From IMG/VR virus record IMGVR_UViG_3300042554_002206: a stretch of DNA of 64,000 nt. The stretch is one strand, 5' to 3'. Origin of the DNA: an uncultured virus (IMG/VR IMGVR_UViG_3300042554_002206) (taxonomy: Duplodnaviria > Heunggongvirae > Uroviricota > Caudoviricetes). The translations under genes and the position numbers were made by a program. The notes under the pieces are model-generated. The model was given only the letters and a program-made list of their open reading frames with translations. It searched no databases and was not told where the DNA came from. This document shows positions 9,109 through 18,686 of the stretch, one piece after another (position 1 is the first letter of the stretch; every line of letters begins with the position of its first letter).

Positions 9109-9468
9109 ATGGACTCAACCTCAAAAGCGGAACTGTTGATTTTCAATCAAAACAGTCTGACCGACCTGGAACGTGCAGAACTTAACGCTCTTAATGCAGC
9201 TATAGAGGCCGCTCAACACGCCCGCAGTGAATGGCTTAAATCAAAAATTGACTGGGTTATTGATATGGATTGTCAATTTATAGGAGGGGTAAATACTTGG
9301 CGTGCTAGTTATCATGGCTTATCTAAATGTGGCAGGTATCTAACTGAGCGAGGTTGCGCAGGACCATTTTCAAGTGAAGCCGAGGCAAAAGCTTGGCTTA
9401 AAGTGAATTTTGACAAAGAAAAAATCGAGCAGATGATTGCCGTAGTTGATGGAAAAACGGAAACCTAG
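9109..9468 (+). CDS. Hypothetical protein (lower GC)
   Basis: ORF with distinct AT-rich composition. Confidence 0.5.
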   Translation: MDSTSKAELLIFNQNSLTDLERAELNALNAAIEAAQHARSEWLKSKIDWVIDMDCQFIGGVNTWRASYHGLSKCGRYLTERGCAGPFSSEAEAKAWLKVNFDKEKIEQMIAVVDGKTET

Positions 9469-9940
9469 GGGGCAGCCGCAATGCTCCCATATGATCACCC
9501 CAGTGGTTCCAGTCCAGGAGGTCATAACAATAGGCGGTCGATTGGTCTGGCGCATCTGCGCTGGTGTCCACTGCGTTGAGGCATGCTCTGGAGTCGACGC
9601 CTGGCGCAAGATGCGGCGCATATGCCGAGAGCACGGGATCACACTGGCGACCACTGGTGTTACCGGGCCAGCCGTAGGACCCCCTCTGCTGCCCGATCCG
9701 GGGGTATAGGCGGCCGAACAGGTGCCTTCACAGCGGCCACCGAGACACAACACGCCAGCCCCGGATCCGCAGCAGCGCCATCGCAATGCCAGCCCGCCAC
9801 GGCGGCACGTCAACAAATCGCGCTCGTGTCGGGGGATCCTGCGGATCCTCGCAGATTAGGCGGATCAACCCGCACGTCATCATTACCTGGCACCTGAGTC
9901 AGCTTTCCCGGTAAACTGAATCAGACGCCAGACGGCAGTA

Positions 9941-10231
9941 GTGCCTACCGCCGCTTTCTCCTGGGATGTTCAGCGGGTGTTTGCCGTGCCAGGGAGGTCT
10001 GATGTTGGCATCATGGGCAGAGCCTTTGACCTCCTGCCAGGTGGCACGATGATCAATGCCCCCTGCATTCATCGCGGGGTTGTTGGGGTGACGGTAAAGA
10101 TGCTCAGCGCTACAAAGGCCGAGATCGTCAATTCTGAGCCGGTGATTATGACCAGAGAAAACACGTCACCCGAAGACCTTGTGCCATGGCAGCAAGAGTT
10201 GCTGCAATCCTTCCAGCTTCAGCCCGCCTAG
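9941..10231 (+). CDS. Hypothetical protein
   Basis: ORF downstream of a GGTAAACT motif. Confidence 0.45.
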   Translation: MPTAAFSWDVQRVFAVPGRSDVGIMGRAFDLLPGGTMINAPCIHRGVVGVTVKMLSATKAEIVNSEPVIMTRENTSPEDLVPWQQELLQSFQLQPA

Positions 10232-10240
10232 GGGTCAGTT

Positions 10241-10450
10241 TTAAGGGCTAGGGTTACGGTTTGGCACTGCAATGCCTAGCGCTGTGGTGGCTGCACCGGC
10301 AAGGGCAACCATTGCAACGGTGCGGCTTTCAGCGCAGGCTTTGCCGCCAGCGTGTTTGGTGCAATTCCACCAGTCAATCGCGCCAATTCCTGCGCCCGCC
10401 AGCAGACAGAAGCCGGCAAACCCAAGGCACCAGCTGAGATAGCGCGTCAT
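10241..10450 (-). CDS. Small membrane protein (two hydrophobic segments), holin/lysis-like
   Basis: MTRYLSWCLGFAGFCLLAGAGIG... and VAMVALAGAATTALGIAV; ATGA-coupled. Confidence 0.5.
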   Translation of the reverse strand: MTRYLSWCLGFAGFCLLAGAGIGAIDWWNCTKHAGGKACAESRTVAMVALAGAATTALGIAVPNRNPSP

Positions 10451-10899
10451 CCCCTGCCCCTCACCAGCGCCGAAGACGCGATAAAGCTGGCCTTCTGCAA
10501 TGGATGGCGTTCCAACCAACCCGGCAACCCGGCAAACAACGCGCCCGCAAGCGCTCCTGCTGCAGCAGCCAACAGCGCATACGCAAATACTTTTTTATCT
10601 AGTTCCTCAACTTTGGCAACGGTAGTATCATAATTTTGCAACTTTAATTGAATGGCTTGTATTTCTAGTTCGTGCTTGTGCGATTGCTCTAAATATTTTT
10701 CTTGTAGTTTTTGATGTGCGTCTGCCGATTTGTCTATTTTATCTTTAATGTCATTTTGGTTATCTTCTACTCTCTTAAGGCGATCGCCTTGCTGTGCTAC
10801 TGCGTCAAGTTTTTCGCATAGCCTTGGCAGCAATGCAACCAGTAAAGAAGTGCCCTCCGCGCTTGGCGGTTGCAGTCCCTGAAATAAATCTTCATTCAC
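10447..10899 (-). CDS. Coiled-coil protein with C-terminal transmembrane helix (lysis-module like)
   Basis: GTG start overlapping the upstream TGA; heptad region then VFAYALLAAAAGALAGALFAG. Confidence 0.5.
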   Translation of the reverse strand: MNEDLFQGLQPPSAEGTSLLVALLPRLCEKLDAVAQQGDRLKRVEDNQNDIKDKIDKSADAHQKLQEKYLEQSHKHELEIQAIQLKLQNYDTTVAKVEELDKKVFAYALLAAAAGALAGALFAGLPGWLERHPLQKASFIASSALVRGRG

Positions 10900-11030
10900 G
10901 GCTTCAGCCTCCCTGCCATCCAACCTCGCACCGTGGGATTCGTGGTCAGTACCCACCACGCCGGCAGGAACAAGACCAGGTGCAACGCCGTCATCGGCAC
11001 CGCCATGTCGATAAAATCTTTCAAATCCAT
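10896..11030 (-). CDS. Small single-TM membrane protein
   Basis: MDLKDFIDMAVPMTALHLVLFLPAWWVL. Confidence 0.4.
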   Translation of the reverse strand: MDLKDFIDMAVPMTALHLVLFLPAWWVLTTNPTVRGWMAGRLKP

Positions 11031-11093
11031 GCCCAACAGCCTGTGAAAGCTGTGTCGATTTGTTCCAGCTTTCCAGATCATACAAGTGCTCAT

Positions 11094-11420
11094 CTATCTA
11101 ATGTCTTCCGAAACTTTTACAGAAATAAATCCGTCATTTGGGAATGTCTCGATCTTACCATTGGAATACGTCACTCGAAACTCTGCCTCAAACGTGCCAG
11201 CGTTGGCAGTGTCGGCTGCATCCCACTGATATTCGACCGTTGGCGTGCCCGTTGCTGTCACAACCACAGCCGTAGCATCAGTCAGGGTGGCACCACCACG
11301 CGATCGTCGCTGCCGCATCTGAAACCGCACCGTCGCACCGGTCAACACCACCGATGCCGGATCTAGCGCAAATCGGATGGCGGGTGATGTATCACCAGCC
11401 TTGATGTAAAAAGTGCTCAT
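11094..11420 (-). CDS. BppU-like baseplate upper protein domain
   Basis: FYIKAGDTSP...LTGATVRF...YQWDAADT...G.FEAEFRVTY...ETFPNDGFI. Confidence 0.7.
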   Translation of the reverse strand: MSTFYIKAGDTSPAIRFALDPASVVLTGATVRFQMRQRRSRGGATLTDATAVVVTATGTPTVEYQWDAADTANAGTFEAEFRVTYSNGKIETFPNDGFISVKVSEDIR

Positions 11421-11427
11421 CGAATCC

Positions 11428-12321
11428 TCACCTAACGATACGCCCGCCACGGCGTGATATACCCAGTTTGCCGCCATTGGCTGGATCGCCAGGGAATGCA
11501 AAGCGGGTGGCGAACTGGACCGGCCCGATTGCCGTCGCCGTGCCGGTGATCACAAGGACACCATTCGCAACGCCGATAACGCGGACCGCGCCTGTTGCCG
11601 ACCCGCCAAGGGGCAAATCTCCCGCCGCTACCCCGGATATGATTGCCGTAGCTACCGTGCCGGTCGCGTTACCAGTGAGCGGTAAGTTGCCGCTGGCAAT
11701 CGCGCTGAGCAAAGCCGCTGCTACGCCAGTCCCGCCAAGCGGCAAGATGCCAGCAGCAGAGCCGGATACGTTGACAGAAGCGGTCGCCTCACCAGCGAGC
11801 GGCAGCGTCCCGCTGGCGGCGCCATCGACGTTGACCTTGCCCGTAGCGGTACCAGCAAGCGGCAGTGTCCCTGCTGCCGTGGCAGTGATCGGAACGGTGC
11901 CGACGACGACCGTAGCGGTGCCAGACAGGGGCAGCGTGCCACTACCCACCGCAGATACGGTGACGGCACCGGTAGCGCCCCCCTCAAGGGGCAAGGTGCC
12001 CGAAGCTGTGCCGGTGATTGGTGCGGTTGCCGTTGCCGTTCCCGTGAGCGGCAATGTGCCGCTGGCGATACCGGAATTAGCAACGGTGCCTGCGGCCGCA
12101 CCTGTGAAATCCAGAACGCCACTGGCGGAACCAGAGATCCTGACAGTGCCAGTCGCAGACCCGGTGAAGTCGATCGTGCCGCTGGCGGTGCCGGTGATAC
12201 CACCAACACCGCCCGACGGCGCAGGAATCAAATCATCCGCAAACCAGCCTTCCGGCAGCGCTTTACCGTCAAACCATGCCCTTGGCTCGAGCGTTGCGTT
12301 AAATGCGCCTTTCCGGGCCAT
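11428..12321 (-). CDS. Repetitive tail/fibre-associated protein
   Basis: About 20-aa repeats of GTASGTLPLxGxAT. Confidence 0.6.
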   Translation of the reverse strand: MARKGAFNATLEPRAWFDGKALPEGWFADDLIPAPSGGVGGITGTASGTIDFTGSATGTVRISGSASGVLDFTGAAAGTVANSGIASGTLPLTGTATATAPITGTASGTLPLEGGATGAVTVSAVGSGTLPLSGTATVVVGTVPITATAAGTLPLAGTATGKVNVDGAASGTLPLAGEATASVNVSGSAAGILPLGGTGVAAALLSAIASGNLPLTGNATGTVATAIISGVAAGDLPLGGSATGAVRVIGVANGVLVITGTATAIGPVQFATRFAFPGDPANGGKLGISRRGGRIVR

Positions 12322-12324
12322 GGG

Positions 12325-12567
12325 TCACTCCTCCGGCGGAGGATCGGGCAACGGCTCGTTTTGCGGTTCTGGCGGAGGCGGTGGTTGCCAGTCGCCATCG
12401 ACATAAAACCAGCCCGGCCCGACACATTCAGGACACTCGATTTCATCAATCCCGGGCGGCAGGTGGTTCCAAGGCGTTTCGCCGTCCCACCGGCATGTAT
12501 TCCACACCCAACCATCTGCGGCGCGTACTAATGCAAACTTCTTCACGCTCACCATGTCGCAATCCAC
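12325..12567 (-). CDS. Small tail-fibre assembly-like protein
   Basis: VGPGWFYVDGDWQPP motif, directly after the Gly-rich fibre genes. Confidence 0.55.
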   Translation of the reverse strand: MDCDMVSVKKFALVRAADGWVWNTCRWDGETPWNHLPPGIDEIECPECVGPGWFYVDGDWQPPPPPEPQNEPLPDPPPEE

Positions 12568-13847
12568 CCGAAACCATTGCCGCCATTACCACCATTACCA
12601 CCGACGCCGGGGTTCATGCCAACCCCACCACCACCACCACCGCCGCCGCCCTTGCCACCATTGCCGCCATTGGCACCCGCCGTCGATGCCGTGACAGTTG
12701 TGCCGCCACCGCCCCCACCTGTGCCGCCTACGATGCCGGTAGTGTCAATGCCGTTTGCGCCTGCCGTGGGCGATGCGCCGCTCGTGCCCGCCGCACCACC
12801 AAGCCCGCCCGCCGTAACGCCAACGCTATTGCCGGTGCCGCCGCCCGCTGTTGCGTTTACGATGTCCGGGACGCTGCTGTGACAACCACCAGAGCCGCCA
12901 CCTGCGCCGCCAAACCGGGCATTGCCGCCCTGCGTTGTCAGCGGCACGGGAGTAGTGGCGTTCGACCCGCCCCCGCCCCCGCCGCCTTCCCACGAAGGGC
13001 CGAGAGTCGATGATGTGCTGCCTGAGTTTGGCTGTCCCGATGCTGCCGGGCCGGCTGCACCCCCAGATGAACCATGAATGCCAGCCCCGTTGCCGCCCGC
13101 TAGGTTCACGGCGCTGGTCGCTCCGCCCGCGCCACTAGAACCGCCGAGGGCAGTCAGGAGAATCATTGCGGGCGATCTGACAAAAGACGACCCGCCTGCG
13201 TTTGCACTGCCGCCTGCCGCCCCCGCAGCGCCGCCCACACCACCAGCACCGCCAAAACCGATGCCTACGCGCACTTGGTCCGGTAATTCATCGGTAAAGA
13301 ATATTTGACTGATGCACAATCCGCCGCCGCCACCTGACCCGCCCTTTGCGACAACGGCTGTAGCCAGCGAGGCACCGCCTCCACCTCCCCCACCCGCGCC
13401 CCAAAGCCGGATCAAGGTCAGACCCGTGCGGGGACCAGTGGGTTTGCTCCAAGTCCCACCGGGCGCGTCAAAAGTCTGGATGTCTGCCGAAGGAAATGGC
13501 ACGGATACTCGCCACCCGCCCTTCTCGGCAAACGTCAGCCCCGTCTGTGCAGGCACAGACCCGGCCCACAGATCAACCGCAGTCGTGCCGTCAGTGTGAC
13601 GAATAACGATGTCTTGCGCCGCCGTGGCGTGGTCGTTGAACAGGCTCAGAAACTTGATCTTGCGCGTGGTTGATACACCCGGTGAAGCGACAACATCGGT
13701 CGTGGTGGCCGCCGATATGCTGGTATCGGTGCGCCCCGGCGCAACAGTCGTGCCGGACAGGTCCGTAAAGGTCGCGTGAACATGGACCGCGTTTGCGCTG
13801 GATGTGACGACTTGCAATTTGTCGGAGGTTGATGCCAGGTAGATCAT
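12549..13847 (-). CDS. Glycine-rich tail fibre-like protein (paralog 2)
   Basis: QTF...GTWSKP...LWGAGGGGGGG polyglycine domain. Confidence 0.75.
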   Translation of the reverse strand: MIYLASTSDKLQVVTSSANAVHVHATFTDLSGTTVAPGRTDTSISAATTTDVVASPGVSTTRKIKFLSLFNDHATAAQDIVIRHTDGTTAVDLWAGSVPAQTGLTFAEKGGWRVSVPFPSADIQTFDAPGGTWSKPTGPRTGLTLIRLWGAGGGGGGGASLATAVVAKGGSGGGGGLCISQIFFTDELPDQVRVGIGFGGAGGVGGAAGAAGGSANAGGSSFVRSPAMILLTALGGSSGAGGATSAVNLAGGNGAGIHGSSGGAAGPAASGQPNSGSTSSTLGPSWEGGGGGGGSNATTPVPLTTQGGNARFGGAGGGSGGCHSSVPDIVNATAGGGTGNSVGVTAGGLGGAAGTSGASPTAGANGIDTTGIVGGTGGGGGGTTVTASTAGANGGNGGKGGGGGGGGGVGMNPGVGGNGGNGGNGFGWIATW

Positions 13848-13851
13848 GTCA

Positions 13852-15159
13852 TCACCAAGAAATCACAACGCAGTAGCCATCACCACCGACGCCGCCCGCG
13901 CCGCCAAGGCCCGGATTGCTGCCACGGCCACCACCACCACCACCACCACCACCAAGGCCGCCCGCGCCGCCTGCCGCGCCGTCCGTAGATGCCTGCACAG
14001 TAGAACCGCCACCACCACCTCCGGCACCGCCGACAAGCCCGTTGCTTGGCGCACCTGCATCACCGGGCGTAGGTGCTGGACCAGAAAGGCCAGCCGCAGC
14101 GCCGGTTCCAACAGCCGATGCAGGCCCGCCGCCCGCAGTTGGGTTGGTCACTGCCGGAACGGCGCTCGTGCAGCCCCCACTCCCGCCACCGCCGCCGCCA
14201 TATAGCGAGCCGCCGCCAACGTTTGATCCCGGAGTAGCCGCATTGGTAGACCCGCCCCCGCCCCCGCCGCCGTAGTGGCCGAAATAGTTGCTACCTGAGC
14301 CAGCAACCCCGTTGATGCCCTGAATATCAAAGCCCGGCCCCGCCACTGCTGGCTGACCGCCCGAACCGGTACTTACGCCGCTTGCCGACGATCCTGCGGA
14401 GTGACCGCCCCCGCCACCGCCCCCGCCAGTCGCAACCGCAGAGTTTTGTCCACCCCTTCCACCGCCTCCACCATAGCCAGTCAACAGCGCGCCAAATGTC
14501 GTATTGCCACCTACGCCGCCGTCACCACCTGAGCCACCCGCCGCTGCACCCGTCCCAGCGGCACCGCCCGCGCCAATGGTGACGCTCTCACTACTGGCGA
14601 GATCGCTCGCGCGGAAAATCCGTTCGACAAAACACCCGCCACCGCCACCGCCGCCGCCTTTGGTGGTTGTGGCAGTTGCAAGCGAAGACCCGCCGCCTCC
14701 GCCGCCACCCGCGCCCCAGACGCGAACAAGCGCAACTGACGGGTTAAAGCTGGTCGGCTTGTTCCACGTCCCGCTTGTGGAAAAGACCTGGATATTCGTG
14801 GGCCGCGAATTGCCCGTGACCGTCCATCCTTCGCCTTCGACGTAGACGATCCCGGACTGCGCGGGCAGCGAGAGCGAATACAGGTCAACCGTGGTTGTGC
14901 CATCGGTGTGCTGGATAACGATGTTGTTTGCATCCGTCGCGCCATTGTTCCAGATGTTCACGAACTGCACGGCCCGCGAAGTCGAAGCGCCGGGGCTTGC
15001 TACTATGTCAGTCGTCGTCGCGGTAGAGATAGCGGTATTGAACCGATCCACCGTCACCGTCCCGCTCGCCAGATCAGCAAAAGCCGCATGGACACGAATA
15101 TCTCCCGACTGCCCGGTGACAACTCGGAGTTTGTCGGATGTGGAATTAAGTAGGATCAT
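13852..15159 (-). CDS. Glycine-rich tail fibre-like protein (paralog 1)
   Basis: QVFSTSGTWNKP...VWGAGGGGGGG...GGDGYCVVISW. Confidence 0.75.
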   Translation of the reverse strand: MILLNSTSDKLRVVTGQSGDIRVHAAFADLASGTVTVDRFNTAISTATTTDIVASPGASTSRAVQFVNIWNNGATDANNIVIQHTDGTTTVDLYSLSLPAQSGIVYVEGEGWTVTGNSRPTNIQVFSTSGTWNKPTSFNPSVALVRVWGAGGGGGGGSSLATATTTKGGGGGGGGCFVERIFRASDLASSESVTIGAGGAAGTGAAAGGSGGDGGVGGNTTFGALLTGYGGGGGRGGQNSAVATGGGGGGGGHSAGSSASGVSTGSGGQPAVAGPGFDIQGINGVAGSGSNYFGHYGGGGGGGSTNAATPGSNVGGGSLYGGGGGGSGGCTSAVPAVTNPTAGGGPASAVGTGAAAGLSGPAPTPGDAGAPSNGLVGGAGGGGGGSTVQASTDGAAGGAGGLGGGGGGGGGRGSNPGLGGAGGVGGDGYCVVISW

Positions 15160-15192
15160 AAGCGTGCCTCTTCGTCGTGAAAGCTATTGCTA

Positions 15193-15594
15193 TTAGGCAC
15201 CGCCAGCAGTCAAGGTGAATGCTGTGATGGTCACTTGTTGATTTACAGCAATCGAGGTGTTGTCGATTGTCATATCACCGCCGCCACCAGTAGCAGTCAC
15301 TGTCCCTTGGATATGACAGGTGGCGCCTTGATCAATACTGAAGTGCGCCGCTGTTCCCGTGGCATCTGCGGTCAAGTCCTGCCAGGTACCTGATATAGCC
15401 TTTGATCCGTTTGACGCAGCTGTCAGCCAGTCGGACGGGAGGACCAGTGTTACTAGTACCGTGCCTGCTCGAGTAGCCGCACAGTTGGCCGGGACAGATC
15501 CCGTGCGAATCGTTAGGGTCGGGGCCGTACCCGCTGCCGTTTCGATTGCGTCCAACGCAGCATTACGCGCCGTTGTCGAAAATTGAAAGGCCAT
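15193..15594 (-). CDS. Virion structural (tail-associated) protein
   Basis: STTARNAALD...ADATGTAAHF...QGTVTATGGGGDM.IDNTSI pattern; GGAG RBS. Confidence 0.65.
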   Translation of the reverse strand: MAFQFSTTARNAALDAIETAAGTAPTLTIRTGSVPANCAATRAGTVLVTLVLPSDWLTAASNGSKAISGTWQDLTADATGTAAHFSIDQGATCHIQGTVTATGGGGDMTIDNTSIAVNQQVTITAFTLTAGGA

Positions 15595-15630
15595 GGAGGT
15601 CTCCTTTGTTCAGCGGCAAAGATCGCTGAC

Positions 15631-15840
15631 TTAGCTTTCCAACCACGCCTCATCTGCCACCGTGGCCGGATCGTCGGCAGCAAACCGCCCACCGGACACC
15701 CGTGCTCGCTTGCGCTTGGTGGAGCCGGTCAGCCCCGACTGGGATGCCGTCAAGGGTTCGGCAGCAAGTTCCTGTGCCTCGGGGTCGGCTGCTGGTTGTT
15801 GTGGCTTTACGTCGTGGCCGTAGCCAATGGGGAAATTCAT
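15631..15840 (-). CDS. Small hypothetical protein
   Basis: GRFAADDPATVADEAW motif seen in small head-region phage proteins. Confidence 0.5.
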   Translation of the reverse strand: MNFPIGYGHDVKPQQPAADPEAQELAAEPLTASQSGLTGSTKRKRARVSGGRFAADDPATVADEAWLES

Positions 15841-15854
15841 GGTGATAGATAGCA

Positions 15855-15876
15855 GAAAGGGCCCCGTAGGGCCCTA
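15855..15876 (-). terminator. Hairpin downstream of the capsid operon
   Basis: AGGGCCC-N4-GGGCCCT followed by a short U-tract on the - strand. Confidence 0.5.
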
Positions 15877-15900
15877 AGTGATCACAAGCCGCTTAATGGG

Positions 15901-16584
15901 TCACTCGGCGGGAACTAGGGCTACGGTGTTGGTGCCAACCGGCACAGCGGCGCCGTTGGTAACAGTGCCGGTCGCCGATGCGCTGGTGATGTTGGACTGA
16001 ACGCTGGCGTACTTGAAGGTGGTGGAAGTCACCTCCGTAATGGTGAAGGTGCCATTCACCAGCGGGTTGGAGCAACCCACGGTCACAACCTCGCCGACCA
16101 GCATGGTGTGGGCGGCCGACAGGGTGATGGTCACCACGTTGGAAGCAAGCGCCACGTTGCTGATGTTCAGCGTGCCAGTGCCAGGGCGCACCCGGACCGC
16201 AGCCACCCGAACGTCACCAGTCACCGAACCGGCGACCTTGACGGCAGCACGGATTTGTTTGCCGCCGACAACGACCTCATTGATTGCGCCAGCGGTGGCG
16301 GTGACCACACCGATGTTGGCGTAGGCGGAGGCAGCGCTTAGGGCAGCGCCTTCGGCAACGTGAGCGGCCTGCAGGATGTAGCCGCCAGCAGAGTTACTGG
16401 AGCCACCGGAGGCGATAAGCTTCCAGGTATTCTGGGCTGCCAGGTTGGTAGTGAGCAACCGAGCGGCCCCGTTGCGGGTTTCGGCGGGACGGCCACGGGC
16501 GCCGGCTAGGACGCTGCCGACCAGTACGGTCGTTGCATCCAGTAGATAGCCCCTTCGGGGGGCCAGTCCTGTTGCGCGTGCCAT
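15901..16584 (-). CDS. Putative capsid decoration protein
   Basis: Immediately downstream of the MCP; beta-rich C-terminal VVTITLSAAHTMLVGEVVTV module. Confidence 0.55.
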   Translation of the reverse strand: MARATGLAPRRGYLLDATTVLVGSVLAGARGRPAETRNGAARLLTTNLAAQNTWKLIASGGSSNSAGGYILQAAHVAEGAALSAASAYANIGVVTATAGAINEVVVGGKQIRAAVKVAGSVTGDVRVAAVRVRPGTGTLNISNVALASNVVTITLSAAHTMLVGEVVTVGCSNPLVNGTFTITEVTSTTFKYASVQSNITSASATGTVTNGAAVPVGTNTVALVPAE

Positions 16585-16626
16585 GAATCAATTAGTCAGG
16601 GGATGGATGAATAAATAAGGCAATGA

Positions 16627-17541
16627 TCAGGCGGTCATTGCGGCATTGGTGATGCCGTAAACGCGGGCAGCGCTGCGACCATTCATAATCGCAAGGCCTA
16701 CAGACCATTCGATCCGGGTGCGATCCACTGGGGCATCGGATACTTCTCCGAATGCCTTTACGTCAACCCCATACCCACCAGCCGAATCGGGACCTTGGAT
16801 GCCGGTGACCTGCTGATCGCCGTAGGCGACGCAGTAAACACTGGTGGTGCTGCCATCCTCGGTAAAACCTTGGATGGTCACGTTTTGGGCGTTGGTGTCA
16901 GTGACGACGATCCGAGTGTCGCCATAAGTGGTGACGAGCTTGCCAAACTCGTCTCGCGTGGTAGTCAGGAATCCACCGATAGTGGAATTACGACTAGCAG
17001 CGGTGAGGCGCCGACGCATCGACTTGCCCATGTGGACAACCTTGTTATCGCCATCCACGGCGTCAATCAGCTCATCCAGCAAGCCAAGCGAAAATGCACC
17101 GCTGGCGTTAAAGGCTTGAGAGCTGTCGGTGCCAATCCGCTTCCTGAGGCCATCAAAGCTGCGAGGATCAATCGACTCATCGCCGTTGAACATGTAATCC
17201 TCAAGCGTTAGCCGCATGGATCGCAGCTTCGCCTCGATTTGCTGAGCCCTTACCTGAGGGCCATTGTTTTTGATGAGGTGCATGTCCACATCAATGTCGC
17301 CGCCAAACGGCTTGAGGCGTTCGTACTCAGGATTGAGCACGCCATAGGTAGACTCGTAGGTTTCATTGATACCACGAAACCCAACACCGGGCAGCTCGGC
17401 TTCGGTGAGGTAGTCAATACCACCTTGCACATTGACAAAAGGTACGAGGCGGATTACCTCGCTTTCGGCAAGAGCGCGAATAACGGCCACCCGTTGTTGA
17501 TTGGTATCAACTTTGGCGGCCTCCAGAAGTGTTAGTCCCAT
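16627..17541 (-). CDS. Major capsid protein
   Basis: LTLLEAAK...LPGVGFRGINE...GGDIDVD...FNGD...FDGL...RTRIEW; follows the scaffold gene. Confidence 0.85.
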   Translation of the reverse strand: MGLTLLEAAKVDTNQQRVAVIRALAESEVIRLVPFVNVQGGIDYLTEAELPGVGFRGINETYESTYGVLNPEYERLKPFGGDIDVDMHLIKNNGPQVRAQQIEAKLRSMRLTLEDYMFNGDESIDPRSFDGLRKRIGTDSSQAFNASGAFSLGLLDELIDAVDGDNKVVHMGKSMRRRLTAASRNSTIGGFLTTTRDEFGKLVTTYGDTRIVVTDTNAQNVTIQGFTEDGSTTSVYCVAYGDQQVTGIQGPDSAGGYGVDVKAFGEVSDAPVDRTRIEWSVGLAIMNGRSAARVYGITNAAMTA

Positions 17542-17706
17542 TGGGGGGAGGTTCGGGTGAAGGTCAAAGGGGTGGCATCACGCCGGGAAGACATTGCAGG
17601 GCGTCACGCCGAGCTGTTTGGATTGGGACCACCTCAGGCATCACGCCATCAGTCGATCCCTGTTGCTTGATGTTTCCCAGGCCCCTAAGCCGTCAGCGGG
17701 GATTAA

Positions 17707-18504
17707 CTAAAAAGCCTCCGCAATCGCCGCGCTTACAGGCATGGCCATCAGGTCTTTGCCACTGACAACACGGCCATCACGCCCGGTACGTGCCCCGCCA
17801 CCGCTGCCCATGGCGGGCTCAAAGTTGCGCCCCCAAACGGGATCGGACTGGAGCCGACCCAGCCATTTGACGGGCTCAAACCGCTTGCCGGTATCCGGAT
17901 CAATTTCGGGGCTGCCGTTGGCGTCAACCACCACCAAAGAGCCATTTTCCAGCTTGAAGTGATCTCCGAAGCGGCCCCAGACCGAATCAAAGGGGGTGCT
18001 GCGGTCGATCTCGGAAACCACGGTGGAACCCTTGGCGCCGATGAAGGCTTTCTCGGCTTGCTGTCGCACAAGCTCCCGTTGGCGGGCCGTGCGTTCAGTG
18101 TCGAGTTCACTGCGCAGTCCCACTAGCTGGGTGCTGTACTTCTCCTCAATCTGCTGTTCCTTGATCTGGGCTTGCTGCTCGATCATCTCCCGCCGCGCCT
18201 GTTCCTCCCTGGCCCTGGCCTCAGCCGCCCGCACCGCCTCAGGGTTAGTGGTGGACAGCTCCCGTAGCTGGGCTTCCAGGGCGCCCACACGGCGCTCTTT
18301 TTCTCGGTTGGCCTCGCGCTCACGCTGCAGGGCATGTTTGACGCGGGAGAGGTCATCCCCCTCGCCATCCCCTTCGCCACCGCCAGGGGCGGGATCGGCA
18401 GTCCCTGCGGCGCCACCAGCACCACCCGCACCGCCACCAGCGCCACCTTCGCTGCCACCTTCAGGGCCCTGGAGGGTGAACTGATCAATCCAACGTGTCT
18501 TCAT
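17707..18504 (-). CDS. Capsid scaffolding protein
   Basis: Gly-rich acidic N-terminus, long coiled coil, GSGGG near the C-terminus; upstream of the MCP. Confidence 0.75.
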   Translation of the reverse strand: MKTRWIDQFTLQGPEGGSEGGAGGGAGGAGGAAGTADPAPGGGEGDGEGDDLSRVKHALQREREANREKERRVGALEAQLRELSTTNPEAVRAAEARAREEQARREMIEQQAQIKEQQIEEKYSTQLVGLRSELDTERTARQRELVRQQAEKAFIGAKGSTVVSEIDRSTPFDSVWGRFGDHFKLENGSLVVVDANGSPEIDPDTGKRFEPVKWLGRLQSDPVWGRNFEPAMGSGGGARTGRDGRVVSGKDLMAMPVSAAIAEAF

Positions 18505-18686
18505 GTGATCGGGGCATCACGCCCGCGAGCAACTACGTCTGCAGCTTTCCGTGTTAGCGGCGACGCGATGGCTTAGGCCGCTGACGGCGTTCCTGCTCCC
18601 GTTCGGCGGCGGCCATGCGGTTGGCGAGCTGCCGGGTCTGGACGGTTTCAACCAGGGTTTGGATGGAGTCGGGTTGGGATGCAGGG

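Noticed and set aside
11468..14845. Pro-rich + strand ORFs opposite the fibre genes
   Set aside because: Antisense shadows of Gly/Ala/Thr-rich coding sequence.
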